NCBI GenBank assembly: GCA_963718915.1
Contig: CAVRAI010000015.1
Coordinates: forward strand, 167,812 to 231,811
Length of the DNA: 64,000 nt
Origin: an uncultured Chloroflexia bacterium
Lineage (GTDB): Bacteria; Chloroflexota; Ktedonobacteria; Ktedonobacterales; JADMIN01
Direction: 5' to 3'
Shown: piece by piece, positions 28,817 to 40,681 of the stretch
Layout: each line of letters begins with the position of its first letter
Position numbering within the stretch: position 1 is the first letter of the stretch
Translations under genes and position numbers: made by a program
The notes under the pieces: generated by a model
Told to the model about the DNA's origin: nothing
What the model saw: only the letters and a program-made list of their open reading frames with translations
Database searches by the model: none

Positions 28817-29040
28817 GGCGAGGCAAGCCGTAGCGTTCACGTTACGGCGAATGGGCTGGGGATGCGGGAAATTCGCCGGAGCATTATGAACTTTCACTTT
28901 TTACCCCGAACACGGCGCGTTGTGGCGCGCGAGGCAGGCCGTAGCGTTTACGCTACGGCGAATGGAGGAGTGATCCGGAAGGGGAAAATTCGCCGGGGCA
29001 TTCATGCTCTGGCACGCGCACCCCAGCACGCTGTTCGGAG
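28817..29040. repeat. Two tandem units (about 110-nt period) of repeat family R2
   Basis: Unit 1 at 28817-28891 and unit 2 at 28927-29006. Both have a gccgtagcgTT(C/T)Acg(t/c)tacggc hairpin, then gaatgg...ggg(a)aaattcgccgg(a/g)gcatt(a/c)atg. Confidence 0.85.
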
Positions 29041-29090
29041 GTATTTCTTAACGTTCATGAACCGCCAGCGTCTAAGTGGAGAGATTGCCA

Positions 29091-29423
29091 ATGCCCAACG
29101 ATAACACCACACTCCGCCGCGTCTACGAGCTTGCCTATGGGCGCGCGGGCGACAAGGGCAACATTGCCAATGTCAGCGTCATCGCGCGCTCGTCCGCCGC
29201 GTATACTGAACTCAAAGAGAAGCTGACGGCGGAGCGCGTGCGGGCGCATCTCGGCCCCATCGTGCGCGGACGGGTCGAGCGATACGCGCTGGACAACATC
29301 GCGGCGCTGAACTTCGTGCTCTATGATGCGCTAGATGGCGGCGCGACACGCTCGCTACGGCTGGATGCGCTCGGCAAATCGCTGGCGGGCGCGGTGCTCT
29401 ATATGCCAGTTGATCCGGCGTGA
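29091..29423 (+). CDS. Small AtuA-associated protein (usual about 100-aa partner of DUF1446 genes)
   Basis: LRRVYELAYGRAGDKGNIANVSVIA... Position directly after the AtuA-like gene. Confidence 0.55.
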   Translation: MPNDNTTLRRVYELAYGRAGDKGNIANVSVIARSSAAYTELKEKLTAERVRAHLGPIVRGRVERYALDNIAALNFVLYDALDGGATRSLRLDALGKSLAGAVLYMPVDPA

Positions 29424-29451
29424 GGCCACTCAGAACTATTCGAGGCAACCG

Positions 29452-29784
29452 ATGGATTTTGAAACGTATCGTCAGGATGTCTTTCGCACCGTCCGCCCGG
29501 AGACGCCCGAACGCGAGCGGCTGTTGATCGCCGCGCTGGGGCTGTGCGGCGAGTCGGGTGAGGTGGCGGAAAACGTCAAGAAGGCGCTTTTCCAGGGGCA
29601 TGCGCTGGAGACGAGCGCGCTCCGCGATGAGTTAGGCGACGTCCTCTGGTACTTCGTCTTTCTCTGCGAGACCGTGGGTCTGACCGTCGAGGAGGTGATG
29701 GAGGCGAATGTCGCCAAGCGGCGCAAGCGCTACCCCGACGGCTTCAGCAGCGAGCGCAGCAAGCAACGCGAGGATACAAAGTAA
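29452..29784 (+). CDS. MazG-like nucleotide pyrophosphohydrolase (single-domain)
   Basis: GLCGESGEVAENVKK...ELGDVLWY EExxE/D-type MazG motifs. Confidence 0.7.
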   Translation: MDFETYRQDVFRTVRPETPERERLLIAALGLCGESGEVAENVKKALFQGHALETSALRDELGDVLWYFVFLCETVGLTVEEVMEANVAKRRKRYPDGFSSERSKQREDTK

Positions 29785-29793
29785 ATGCAGCAA

Positions 29794-29933
29794 TTTCGCG
29801 GCATTCATGCTGCGGCTAACCCGACCCGTACGATATATGCCTCCTTGATAGGTGGCGGGTGTGGGGAGCCTGCGAAGGCAGGCTTTGTGGCCGAACGAAG
29901 TGAGGTCATTGAGGCGCGGTTTTAACCGCCAGC
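29794..29933. repeat. Repeat locus: inverted R4 (29794-29821) + R1 copy c (29866-29933)
   Basis: tttcgcggcattcatgctgcggctaacc is the reverse complement of the 27228 module. The R1 copy carries compensatory stem changes. Confidence 0.8.
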
Positions 29934-29999
29934 CGTCGTGAACCGATGGGCCATATTAGGAACACGCAGGAACACGTAAGATAGGCAGGTGATGCGCAG

Positions 30000-30808
30000 G
30001 TGAAACGGTTCGAGACCATCGCCCTTTCAGTCAAGGGGCCGGTCGCGCGTGTCCGGCTCAACCGTCCCGACGCGCGCAATGCGTTGAGCTTTGCCATGGT
30101 CGAGGAACTGCTCACCTGTTTTGCTGCCCTGCGAGACGATCCCGCCTTTCACGATGTGCGTGTGGTGTTGCTCTGCGCCAATGGCAAGACGTTCTGCGCG
30201 GGTGGTGATCTGCGCGACATGACACGTCCATCGGAAGAGCAGCGGGAGGCGCTGTCGAAGATGGACGCCCTGTTGCAAGCCATCAATCAGGCCCCTCAGG
30301 TGGTGATCGCGCGCGTGCAGGGGGCCGCGCTCGGCGGTGGGTTAGGGCTGGTCTGTGTCTCGGATATCGCCATCGCCGGATATAGCGCCAGTTTCGGGCT
30401 GCCCGAAGCGCAGTTGGGACTCGCGCCCGCGCTGATCTCGCCGTATGTGCTGGCGCGGCTGGGCTTCACGCGCACCCGTGAACTGATGCTGACTGGCGAA
30501 CGGTTCGACGCGATCGCCGCACACACCTGGGGGCTTGTGCAGCACTACTGCGCCGACTTCGAGCTGGACGCCCGCGTGCGCGCGGTGATGCTCGACGTAT
30601 TGCGGGCCGCGCCCGAAGCGTTACGCGCCTGCAAAGAGTTGCTCTTCACCGTGGCGGCGGGCGGCGACACCCTCGCCTATCGCGTCGCGCTACTGGAACG
30701 CCTGCGAACGGGTGAGGACGCGCAACTGGGCGCTCAGGCGTTCTTGCGGAAGCAACCGGCGCCGTGGGTCATCGAGCAGGTGGACGATTTTGACGACGCG
30801 GAGGACGC

Positions 30809-30812
<4 letters not shown>
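30000..30812 (+). CDS. Enoyl-CoA hydratase/isomerase (methylglutaconyl-/isohexenylglutaconyl-CoA hydratase position)
   Basis: RLNRPDARNAL, FCAGGDL, GAALGGGLGL crotonase motifs. GTG start. Confidence 0.85.
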
Positions 30813-32923
<2,111 letters not shown>

Positions 32924-33076
32924 GCATTCACACCGAGCCGATTCAGCGGTTACGCGCAGTCTGGCCAGTTTCGCTTCGCTTCACCGTCACTTTCTTCCAA
33001 CCATAACCGTAGAACGGGTATATAGCGCACATCTGCTGGGTATCTCTGTACGTCAGGATGAACGGAGGTCGCCGCC

Positions 33077-34900
33077 ATGGATGCTGAAGTCAATCTCGCC
33101 CAACTGTTTCGCAATCGCTCCGCGACCTATGGCGAGCGTATCCGCTGGCGCGAGCAGCGCAACGGCGTCTGGCGCAAAGCCACCTGGACCGAGAACCAGG
33201 CTATCGTCAACCGAGTGATCGCCGGGCTGGACGCCCTCGGCGCGCGTCCTGGCGACGTGATTGGCGTCCTCAGCAACACGCGCTGGGAATGGCTGACGGC
33301 GGACTGGGCGATTCTGGGGCTGGGCGCGGTGACGGTGACGGTTTATCCGTCGAATACGCCCGCGACCGTCGCCTACATCCTTGGAAACGCCCGCGCGCGC
33401 TTCGTCTTCGCCGAGAACCGGGCGCAGTTCGAGAAGCTCGCCAGCATCCGCGACCAGATACCCAACGTCGAGAAGGTGATCCTCTTCGAGGACGCCGAAA
33501 CGCTCGTTGGTGATCCGTGGGTCATCTCGTTCGCCGCGCTGCAGACGCTGAGCAGCCGAACCGCCGCCGAGGCTGACGCGTTCGCCTCCGAGCGCGCCGC
33601 CGCCATCGCGCCCGACGATTTGGCGACGCTCGTCTACACCTCCGGCACGACGGGCCAGCCCAAGGGCGTCGAGCTGCTCCACAGCACGCTGATGGCGCAG
33701 TTGGACGGCGTCCGCGCGATGATGGAGACGATCCACCCCGGCGATGTAGATGTGCTCTTCCTGCCGCTGGCGCACGTCTTTGGCCGCGAGGAGCATCTCT
33801 CCGGCCATGATCGCGGCCTGGAAACCGTTGTGGTCTCTTCGTTCGACCATCTGGCGGAGGCGCTGCGGGAGAACAGCCCCGACCTGCTCTTCAGCGTGCC
33901 ACGTGTCTATGAGAAAGCCTATGCCGCCATTCAGGCGAAGGCTGCCGCAGGCTCGCATACCCAGCAGCGTATCTTCAACTGGGCCACACGTGTCGGCATC
34001 GAGGCAGTGACCCAACAGGCGGAGGGTAAGCCGCTCCCGGCGGGGCTGCGCATGCGCTATCGGCTGGCGGACAGGCTGGTCTTCAAGAAGGTGCGGGCGG
34101 CGCTTGGCGGCAAGATCAAGTTCTCGATCACTGCGGCGGCCCCGCTCGATAAGTCGATCCTGGAGTTCTTCAACGCGGCGGGCGTGCTGCTGCTGGAGGG
34201 CTGGGGGATGACCGAGACGAGCGGCGGCTTCACGCTCAATACCGTCAAAGATTACCGCTTCGGCAGCATCGGTCATCCCTACGCGGGCCACGAGTTGCGC
34301 ATTGCCGAGGATGGCGAGATTCTGGTGAAGGGGCCATGTGTCACTCGCGGCTACCATGATAATCCTCAGGCGACGGCGGGGGCAATTGATAGCGAGGGCT
34401 GGCTGCATACCGGTGATGTCGGTGAGATCGACGCCGATGGCTATGTCTATATCCGCGACCGCAAGAAAGACTTGATTATCACCGCCTCTGGCAAGAACAT
34501 CGCGCCCCAGGCGGTCGAGAACGCGCTCAAGGCGGCGCCGTGCGTCTCGCAGGTGGCTGTCTATGGCGACCGCAAGCCGTATCTGGTGGCGCTGGTCACC
34601 CTCGATCCGGAGGCGGTGAAGACGTGGGCCAACGACCAGGGCATCGCCAGCGACGATATCACCGCCGTCTATAGCGATCCGCGCTTCCGGGCATATCTGG
34701 ATGCCGGACTCCAGCGCGCCAACCGGCAGCTTGCCAGCTATGAGACGGTGAAGTATTACGAGGCGCTGCCCGAAGATTTCACCGTCGAGAACGATCTGCT
34801 GACGCCGACGCTCAAGATTCGGCGGCGACAGATTCACGCGCGCTACCACGACCTCTACGAGAGCCTCTATCAGCCCTCGAAGGCCGAGGCGGCGTTCTGA
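33077..34900 (+). CDS. Long-chain fatty-acid--CoA ligase (AMP-dependent synthetase)
   Basis: LVYTSGTTGQPKGV AMP-binding signature, GWLHTGD, RKKDLI. Confidence 0.85.
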   Translation: MDAEVNLAQLFRNRSATYGERIRWREQRNGVWRKATWTENQAIVNRVIAGLDALGARPGDVIGVLSNTRWEWLTADWAILGLGAVTVTVYPSNTPATVAYILGNARARFVFAENRAQFEKLASIRDQIPNVEKVILFEDAETLVGDPWVISFAALQTLSSRTAAEADAFASERAAAIAPDDLATLVYTSGTTGQPKGVELLHSTLMAQLDGVRAMMETIHPGDVDVLFLPLAHVFGREEHLSGHDRGLETVVVSSFDHLAEALRENSPDLLFSVPRVYEKAYAAIQAKAAAGSHTQQRIFNWATRVGIEAVTQQAEGKPLPAGLRMRYRLADRLVFKKVRAALGGKIKFSITAAAPLDKSILEFFNAAGVLLLEGWGMTETSGGFTLNTVKDYRFGSIGHPYAGHELRIAEDGEILVKGPCVTRGYHDNPQATAGAIDSEGWLHTGDVGEIDADGYVYIRDRKKDLIITASGKNIAPQAVENALKAAPCVSQVAVYGDRKPYLVALVTLDPEAVKTWANDQGIASDDITAVYSDPRFRAYLDAGLQRANRQLASYETVKYYEALPEDFTVENDLLTPTLKIRRRQIHARYHDLYESLYQPSKAEAAF

Positions 34901-34979
34901 GAACCTCACCTCCATCCCCTCTCCCGCGAGGAGAGGGGAGCCGGATTTGCGAGTCCGAATATCGCTATAGGAGAAGGTG

Positions 34980-35360
34980 ATGAGCACTGCCGATGAAGAG
35001 GCGATTCGCGCCATCGAGCGCGAGCGGTTGCGCGCGCTGGTCGCGGCGGATATGGATGTCGCGCGCCAGTTGCATGCCGACGATTTCCAGCTCATCACGC
35101 CAAGTGGATCCACGTACTCGAAAGAGGAGTATCTCGGCAGGGTGGACTCTGGCGTCTTCAACTATCTGCGCTGGGAACCTGACTCGCCCATCGAGGTACG
35201 CCTCTACGGCCAGGCGGCGGTCATCCGCTATCAGTCACAGCTCGAAGGCATTATGCGCGGCGAGCCTATGGAGCTTGCCAGCTACTGGCATGTGGACGTG
35301 TACGAGCAGCGCGACGGTCGGTGGCAGGTCGTCTGGTCGCAGGCTACCCGCATCGCCTGA
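34980..35360 (+). CDS. DUF4440/SnoaL-like (NTF2 fold) protein
   Basis: About 126 aa ending DGRWQVVWSQATRI. GGAGAAGG RBS. Confidence 0.55.
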   Translation: MSTADEEAIRAIERERLRALVAADMDVARQLHADDFQLITPSGSTYSKEEYLGRVDSGVFNYLRWEPDSPIEVRLYGQAAVIRYQSQLEGIMRGEPMELASYWHVDVYEQRDGRWQVVWSQATRIA

Positions 35361-35458
35361 CGCGCAGCAAGCTCAGCTATCGTACGCTATACCTCCGCAT
35401 CAGTGGTACAATCGCGGCAGAGAGCGGCGTTTTCTGTGCGCGGAGGTTTAGAAGCGTT

Positions 35459-36337
35459 ATGCGGGTGATCGAGACGATTGACGAGATGCGGGCGGTGCGG
35501 CGCGGCTGGATGAGTGAGACTGTTGGGCTTGTGCCGACGATGGGATTTCTGCATGCGGGGCATCTCTCGCTGGTCGTGGAGGCGCGCGCGGTGAACGAGC
35601 ACGTCGCCGTCAGCATCTTCGTCAATCCGACGCAGTTTGCCCCCACCGAAGACCTCTCGCGCTATCCGCGTGACCTGCCGCGCGACCTGGCGATGCTGGA
35701 GGCGGCGGGCGTCGATGTCGTCTTTACCCCGAGCGCCGACGAGATCTATCCACCGGGGTACGCCACCTACGTCGAGCCGTCGGGAGTGCTGGCCGAGCGG
35801 TTGGAGGCGGCGACGCGGCCCAGTCACTTTCGCGGCGTGGCAACCGTTGTCACCAAGCTGCTGCAGATCGTCACGCCGGATAACATCTACTTCGGCCAAA
35901 AGGACGCGCAACAGGTGGCCGTCGTCCGCCGGTTGGTGGCTGACCTGAATCTGCCGACGAATGTGCGCGTGCTGCCGATTGTGCGCGAGGCCGATGGGCT
36001 GGCGATGAGTAGTCGCAACAAATACCTCGGCCCGGAAGATCGCGCCGCCGCCATCATCCTCAATCGCGCGCTTGAGGCATGCGCACAAGCCTTCGACTCG
36101 CGGCCAGCGGAGGGCGTCGCCGCCGTGATTGCCGCAATGGCGCAGGTGGTGACAGGTGAGCCACGCGCCCAGCTTGACTACGCCGACGTCTGCGACCCCG
36201 ACACCTTCGTGCCCCTGACGGAGCTACGCCCGCCCGCGCTGCTGGCCATCGCGGCGAAGGTTGGCCCCGCCCGGCTGATCGACAACTTCCTCCTCCGCGC
36301 TGACGGAACATGGGAGAAGGGCGTCAGTGTCGAGTAG
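35459..36337 (+). CDS. panC: Pantoate--beta-alanine ligase
   Basis: VPTMGFLHAGHLSLV, FVNPTQF, YFGQKDAQQ, AMSSRN. Confidence 0.9.
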   Translation: MRVIETIDEMRAVRRGWMSETVGLVPTMGFLHAGHLSLVVEARAVNEHVAVSIFVNPTQFAPTEDLSRYPRDLPRDLAMLEAAGVDVVFTPSADEIYPPGYATYVEPSGVLAERLEAATRPSHFRGVATVVTKLLQIVTPDNIYFGQKDAQQVAVVRRLVADLNLPTNVRVLPIVREADGLAMSSRNKYLGPEDRAAAIILNRALEACAQAFDSRPAEGVAAVIAAMAQVVTGEPRAQLDYADVCDPDTFVPLTELRPPALLAIAAKVGPARLIDNFLLRADGTWEKGVSVE

Positions 36338-36425
36338 TCCGCCGATTCATCCGTGTGGCCCGTGCTATACTGAAGCATGGAATCAGGCATACCTTGAGAT
36401 GTTGCTAATCCATGGGGAGAAGCAT

Positions 36426-36689
36426 ATGAGTCAGGCATCACTGCTCCGCGCTTATGAGGAGATTGCCAGCTTTTTCGCGGGAAGCCCGTCACCCGAAGAT
36501 ATTGCGGCATTTCGCCTGTCGGATGAGACTGTCGCGCGGCTTCGCGAGTTGCTCGAAAAGAACTCCGCTGGGACGCTGACCCCCGATGAGGACGATGAAC
36601 TCGACCAGGTGGGCCATCTCAACCGCATGCTGTTGCTCATCCGCTCGCGATTGCCCGCTGATGCAAAAGCCGTTACCGTCGCCCCTTGA
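36426..36689 (+). CDS. Hypothetical small protein
   Basis: ORF with ATG 36426; no domain recognised. Confidence 0.35.
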   Translation: MSQASLLRAYEEIASFFAGSPSPEDIAAFRLSDETVARLRELLEKNSAGTLTPDEDDELDQVGHLNRMLLLIRSRLPADAKAVTVAP

Positions 36690-37509
36690 CGGCCCACGCC
36701 CGCGCGATCAGCGCTATCGAGCCGTCGCTGGCAATGGGCAGTTGACTGCGTAGCGATTCACGAAGCTCTGCCCGCTGCTGCTCGGGAAGTGACATCACAT
36801 AGCCGGGCGCCGGTCCCTGGCCGCTGAGGAACGGCGTCCAGTAGTCGTCGAAGTCATGGAAGACCGTTGGCACGTCGATGGCGCGGGTCTCTACCTGATG
36901 TAGCCCGGCCTGTGTGAAGAGGCGCCCGAGCGTTTCAGCGGCGAAATGTGGAAAGCGCTTGCCCTCATCCAGCGCCTCGTCGTCGGGATTGAGCGCGAGC
37001 GCCGCGTCCCAGAAGTAGCGCATCAGTTGCATCTCGCCCGCATAGTCCCAGACATACGCCGCGACGACGCCACCTGGGCGGACAACGCGCGCCAGTTCGG
37101 CGATGGCCAGTTCGGGTTCCGGTACAAAGTTGAGCGCCAGCCCCGAGACGACCACATCGGCGGCGGCATCTGGCTCCGGCAGCCCCTGGGCGTCACCTAC
37201 CGCGAAGCTGGCCCGTGGGTCGGCGGTATGCAGGCGCGCGAACTCGATGAAGTCGGGCGAGCGGTCGATCCCGCGCACGCTGGCGGGGGTAGCCTGTGCG
37301 AGTATCGTCTGGGTGAGCGCGCCCGTGCCGCAGCCGATATCCAGCCAGTCGGCATCGGCGGGCATCGCCAGCCACGCCAGAAATTCGCGGGCGACCAACC
37401 GACTCCAGCGGCCAACATACGACTCATACATCCCGCCATCGTCCCAGCGACTGGCGGGAATCGCGCCACGCCCGGCACTGCCAGCATCGGCGACGTTATC
37501 GGTAGTCAT
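36673..37509 (-). CDS. Class I SAM-dependent methyltransferase
   Basis: WLDIGCGTGALT motif I; DVVVSGLALNFV. Confidence 0.75.
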   Translation of the reverse strand: MTTDNVADAGSAGRGAIPASRWDDGGMYESYVGRWSRLVAREFLAWLAMPADADWLDIGCGTGALTQTILAQATPASVRGIDRSPDFIEFARLHTADPRASFAVGDAQGLPEPDAAADVVVSGLALNFVPEPELAIAELARVVRPGGVVAAYVWDYAGEMQLMRYFWDAALALNPDDEALDEGKRFPHFAAETLGRLFTQAGLHQVETRAIDVPTVFHDFDDYWTPFLSGQGPAPGYVMSLPEQQRAELRESLRSQLPIASDGSIALIARAWAVKGRR

Positions 37510-37580
37510 GGTCTGTCCCCTTCCCCAACGCGCGCATTGATCTACCTTCCCATAGAGCAGGATGTCTCAGGATTCTCGTT

Positions 37581-38467
37581 ATGTCCAGCGCCATCTTTCC
37601 CAGAGATGCGATGATAGGAGCAGGTGAAAATACCGATGCCGATGCTGGAGGGATGGACACAAAGATGGATATGAGCGGCGGGGATGAGTCGCGGGTCGTG
37701 GCGTTTCGCTGGGTGGGCAGCGAGGAGGCGTATCTCAATCAGCCCACGATGGCGGAGTGTGGCAGTATCGTCATCGGGCGCTACGGTGGCCGGACCGAGG
37801 CGGGCGCCCACAAGAACGAGGATGGCGCGCTCGTCTGGTGCGACGCGGCGGGCGCGTGGGAGTTCGCCGCGCTGCTGGACGCCCACTATTCGGCGGAGAG
37901 CGCCGAGCTGATCCTCGCCACGCTGGAGGCCGAGCGTCCGCGCCTGCTGGCCGCGCTGGCGCTGCCGGTCACGTCGGCGTTTCGCGCGCTCCAGGAGGCC
38001 CTGCTGGCGATCTTCATGGATGAGGACTTTCGCGCGCAGTGCCGCGAGGTCTACGGCGAGGCGTCGTGCCTGTTCGTCGCGCGCAAGGGCGCTATCTCTG
38101 GTGGTTCTCCGTCGGCGACTGCCTGGCGTATTTCCTCCATCCCGAGACGGCGCGGCTGGGCGAGTATCTGCTCAATCAGCGCGTCTTCTTCCAGTGGATC
38201 GGCCAGCACAACACCTTCGATGAGCCGGTGCCGTGCTACTCGACCGGTACGCAGCGGCTCTATCGCGGCGAGGCGCTGATCGCGCTCTCAACCGATGGCG
38301 TCTTCGAGTCCATCCCGGAGTTCTATGACCAGCCGGAGCAACTGCTCTATCAACTCGCCCGCGAGGAGCAACTCTACGACGGCGTTGGCCGCGCGCTCGA
38401 CGCGGTCCACGATGCCCGCGGCCGTGACAGCGCGACGTTGGTGGCGTGGCGTGTGCGGAGCCGGTGA
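37581..38467 (+). pseudogene. PP2C-family phosphatase-like protein split by one frameshift
   Basis: Frame 0 gives ...GAHKNEDGALVW...EASCLFVARKG. It continues in frame 2 as RYLWWFSVGDCLAYFLHPE...STDGVFE...; junction near 38080-38095. Confidence 0.55.
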
Positions 38468-38531
38468 TCCCTCTTTTGTCATGTGGGGCACGGCATCCGC
38501 TGACGAAGCGCTCCGGAAGGAGCGCTTCGCC

Positions 38532-38897
38532 ATGACCAAACCCAGGGAACCAAGCCACACGCTGGCCTTCGTTGACGACTACTGCGCGCACTATCGGTCA
38601 GTGTTTCGCAATGTGCGCCATTTCGAACAGTTCATCCAGCTGGAACTGAGGCTGCTCGCCGAAACCAAACGCAAGTCATTGCCACGTCTGGCCAAGACCG
38701 CCAAGGCAGATCGCCAGGCGCTGCACCATTTCCTGGCCAATGCGGAGTGGTTCGTGAACGAGCTCTGTGCCATCAGGTTCCGCCTGACCCGTGACATGCT
38801 CGTGTTTTCAATGGCCAAACAGCCCATGAAAATACGCAATGATGAACTGGGGTGCACGGGGTTTGCTAACAGCCGCCGATATGTGGCCTACTCTTAG
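38532..38897 (+). mobile_element. Remnant of an IS701-like (DDE) transposase, N-terminal about 90 aa only
   Basis: FVDDYCAHYRSVFRNVRHFEQFIQLELRLLAETKRKSLPRLAKTAKADRQALHHFLANAEW matches the N-terminus of IS701-family transposases. No catalytic domain follows. Confidence 0.5.
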
Positions 38898-38927
38898 AGG
38901 ATAGAATATACGCAATTCTGGCCGTTC

Positions 38928-39461
38928 ATGATTGAGGAGGCTTCTTTCGTGGCAAAGCAGTATAGCAGCGCCCCGGCGATGCAGATCGACCCCAACAAAC
39001 ACTACGACGCGATTTTTCATACGCAGCGCGGTGACTTCACCGTCGAGCTTTTCGCGAAGCAGGCGCCCGTCACCGTCAATAACTTCGTGGCGCTGGCCCG
39101 CGACGGCTTCTACAACGGCACGACCTTCCACCGCGTCATCAATGGCTTCATGGCGCAGGGTGGCGACCCGACCGGCACCGGAACCGGCGGCCCCGGCTAC
39201 TCCTTCGCCGACGAGCCGAGCGCGCTGGCCCTCAAACATGAAGGCGCGGGCACCCTCAGCATGGCGAACGCTGGCCGCAACACCAATGGCTCCCAGTTCT
39301 TCATCACCTACGGCCCAACGCCGCACCTCAACGGCAAGCACGCCGTCTTTGGCAGGGTGACCAGCGGCATGGATGTGGTCAACAGCATCCGCGAGCGCGA
39401 CCCTCAACGCGACCGACAGCCCGGCGACGCGATCAACAGCATCGAAATCCGCGAAATTTAG
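38928..39461 (+). CDS. Peptidyl-prolyl cis-trans isomerase, cyclophilin type
   Basis: [15 protein letters not shown] and [17 protein letters not shown]. Confidence 0.9.
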   Translation: MIEEASFVAKQYSSAPAMQIDPNKHYDAIFHTQRGDFTVELFAKQAPVTVNNFVALARDGFYNGTTFHRVINGFMAQGGDPTGTGTGGPGYSFADEPSALALKHEGAGTLSMANAGRNTNGSQFFITYGPTPHLNGKHAVFGRVTSGMDVVNSIRERDPQRDRQPGDAINSIEIREI

Positions 39462-39464
39462 CCC

Positions 39465-40289
39465 ATGCCCACGTTCGCGGTAATCGCTGATATGCACGGC
39501 AACCTGCCCGCGCTGGAGGCCGTGCTGGATGATCTTGCGGTCGTCAAGCCCGACGCCATCTATATCGCGGGCGACTTCGTCAATCGCGGGCCAGCGAGCG
39601 GCTCCGTCGTCGAACGGGCGATGGCGCTGGGGCTGCCTGCCATTAGCGGCAACCACGATACCTGGCTGGCGATGCTGGCGCGCGGCGAGCGCCTCCCTGA
39701 GAACTGGGATGATCTGTGGTGGCAGCCGCAGCGGCTGGCGATAGACGGGCTGACGCCTGAAATGTTTGCCTGGATCGATGCGCTGCCCGCGACGATGCGC
39801 ATCGAGCTACCGGAGGCGGCGCCCGCCCTGCTGGTTCACGGCAGCCCGCGACACGCGCGCGAGGGCATGGGCCGCATGTTCTCCGACGAGCAGGCGGCTG
39901 AGATGCTGCGGACCGTCGAGGAGCGCACGGTCATTGGCGCGCATATCCATTACCCCTGGGAGCGCCATGTCAACGGCACGCATGTGGTCGTGATTGGGGC
40001 GGTCGGTTGTCCCTTCAACGGCGATATCAATGCGCAGTACGGCCTCTTCACCTGGGACGGCGAGGAATGGCGCTTCGAGCATTGCAGCGTGCCGTATGAC
40101 CACGAGCCGCTCTATGCCGCCTGGCGCAGTAGCGGCTATCTCGATGGCGGTTGCCTCTCCGCCGAGCTGATGCAGCTTGAGCACCGCACCGCCCGCACCC
40201 ACTACGTGCCGTTCTGGGACTGGTGCTTGGCCAACGATCTGCCGCTAACCCGTGAGAGTTACGAGCGCTTCGCCGAGGAGCGTGGGTAG
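39465..40289 (+). CDS. Metallophosphoesterase (calcineurin-like)
   Basis: VIADMHGN, GDFVNRGP, GNHD motifs. Confidence 0.75.
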   Translation: MPTFAVIADMHGNLPALEAVLDDLAVVKPDAIYIAGDFVNRGPASGSVVERAMALGLPAISGNHDTWLAMLARGERLPENWDDLWWQPQRLAIDGLTPEMFAWIDALPATMRIELPEAAPALLVHGSPRHAREGMGRMFSDEQAAEMLRTVEERTVIGAHIHYPWERHVNGTHVVVIGAVGCPFNGDINAQYGLFTWDGEEWRFEHCSVPYDHEPLYAAWRSSGYLDGGCLSAELMQLEHRTARTHYVPFWDWCLANDLPLTRESYERFAEERG

Positions 40290-40314
40290 GCGCGGGCGAC
40301 AGGTGTCTCGGCAT

Positions 40315-40590
40315 GGCGCGCCGCAGGCCGAAGCCCCGCAGCTAACCCTGTTTGCTCGGTACCGATGTAGATGCTGAGAGGGAGCGCGTTGGACGCGATT
40401 AGCCGCAGCATTTACGAACATTTAGCATGAACCCCGTACAGCGTGCTGGGGTGAGCGTGCCGGAGCCTGCAAGCACATGGGCTGGAGAGGCGGGAAATTC
40501 GCCGTAGCGTTCACGCTCCGGTCTGCCTCGCCTGCCACGACGCGCGGTGTTCGGCGCACAAATCAAAAGTACATTATGCCGCGAAGGTGG
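40315..40590. repeat. Composite/nested repeat locus: R3 (40315-40350), then split R4 halves (40397-40413 and 40572-40590) flanking an inverted R2 copy (about 40438-40532)
   Basis: Direct sequence comparison with 27061-27259 and 28817-29040. Confidence 0.75.
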
Positions 40591-40610
40591 CCCCAATCAA
40601 CTGCCCGCGC

Positions 40611-40658
40611 TCGCGAAAAACACAAAACGCCGTCGGAATTATCTCCCGACGGCGTTTT
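40611..40658 (-). terminator. Rho-independent terminator downstream of tRNA-Val
   Basis: Perfect 13-bp stem aaaacgccgtcgg/ccgacggcgtttt with a 9-nt loop. On the minus strand it is followed by ttttgtgttttt. Confidence 0.65.
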
Positions 40659-40681
40659 CCTGTGGCCACTCTTGGTTACTC

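Noticed and set aside
28817-29040. Possible CRISPR array (repeated about 35-nt palindromic unit)
   Set aside because: There are only two units. The intervening sequence is itself related to other repeat modules. The same units are dispersed singly and inverted elsewhere, and no cas genes are present.
33053-35161. 702-aa ORF on the minus strand
   Set aside because: It is antisense to the well-supported acyl-CoA ligase and DUF4440 genes. The sequence is Arg/Ala/Gly-rich with no motif. This is a typical shadow ORF of high-GC DNA.
38295-38531. Upstream part of tracked ORF 38295..38897
   Set aside because: It overlaps the end of the PP2C-like gene in another frame. Transposase similarity starts only at ATG 38532.
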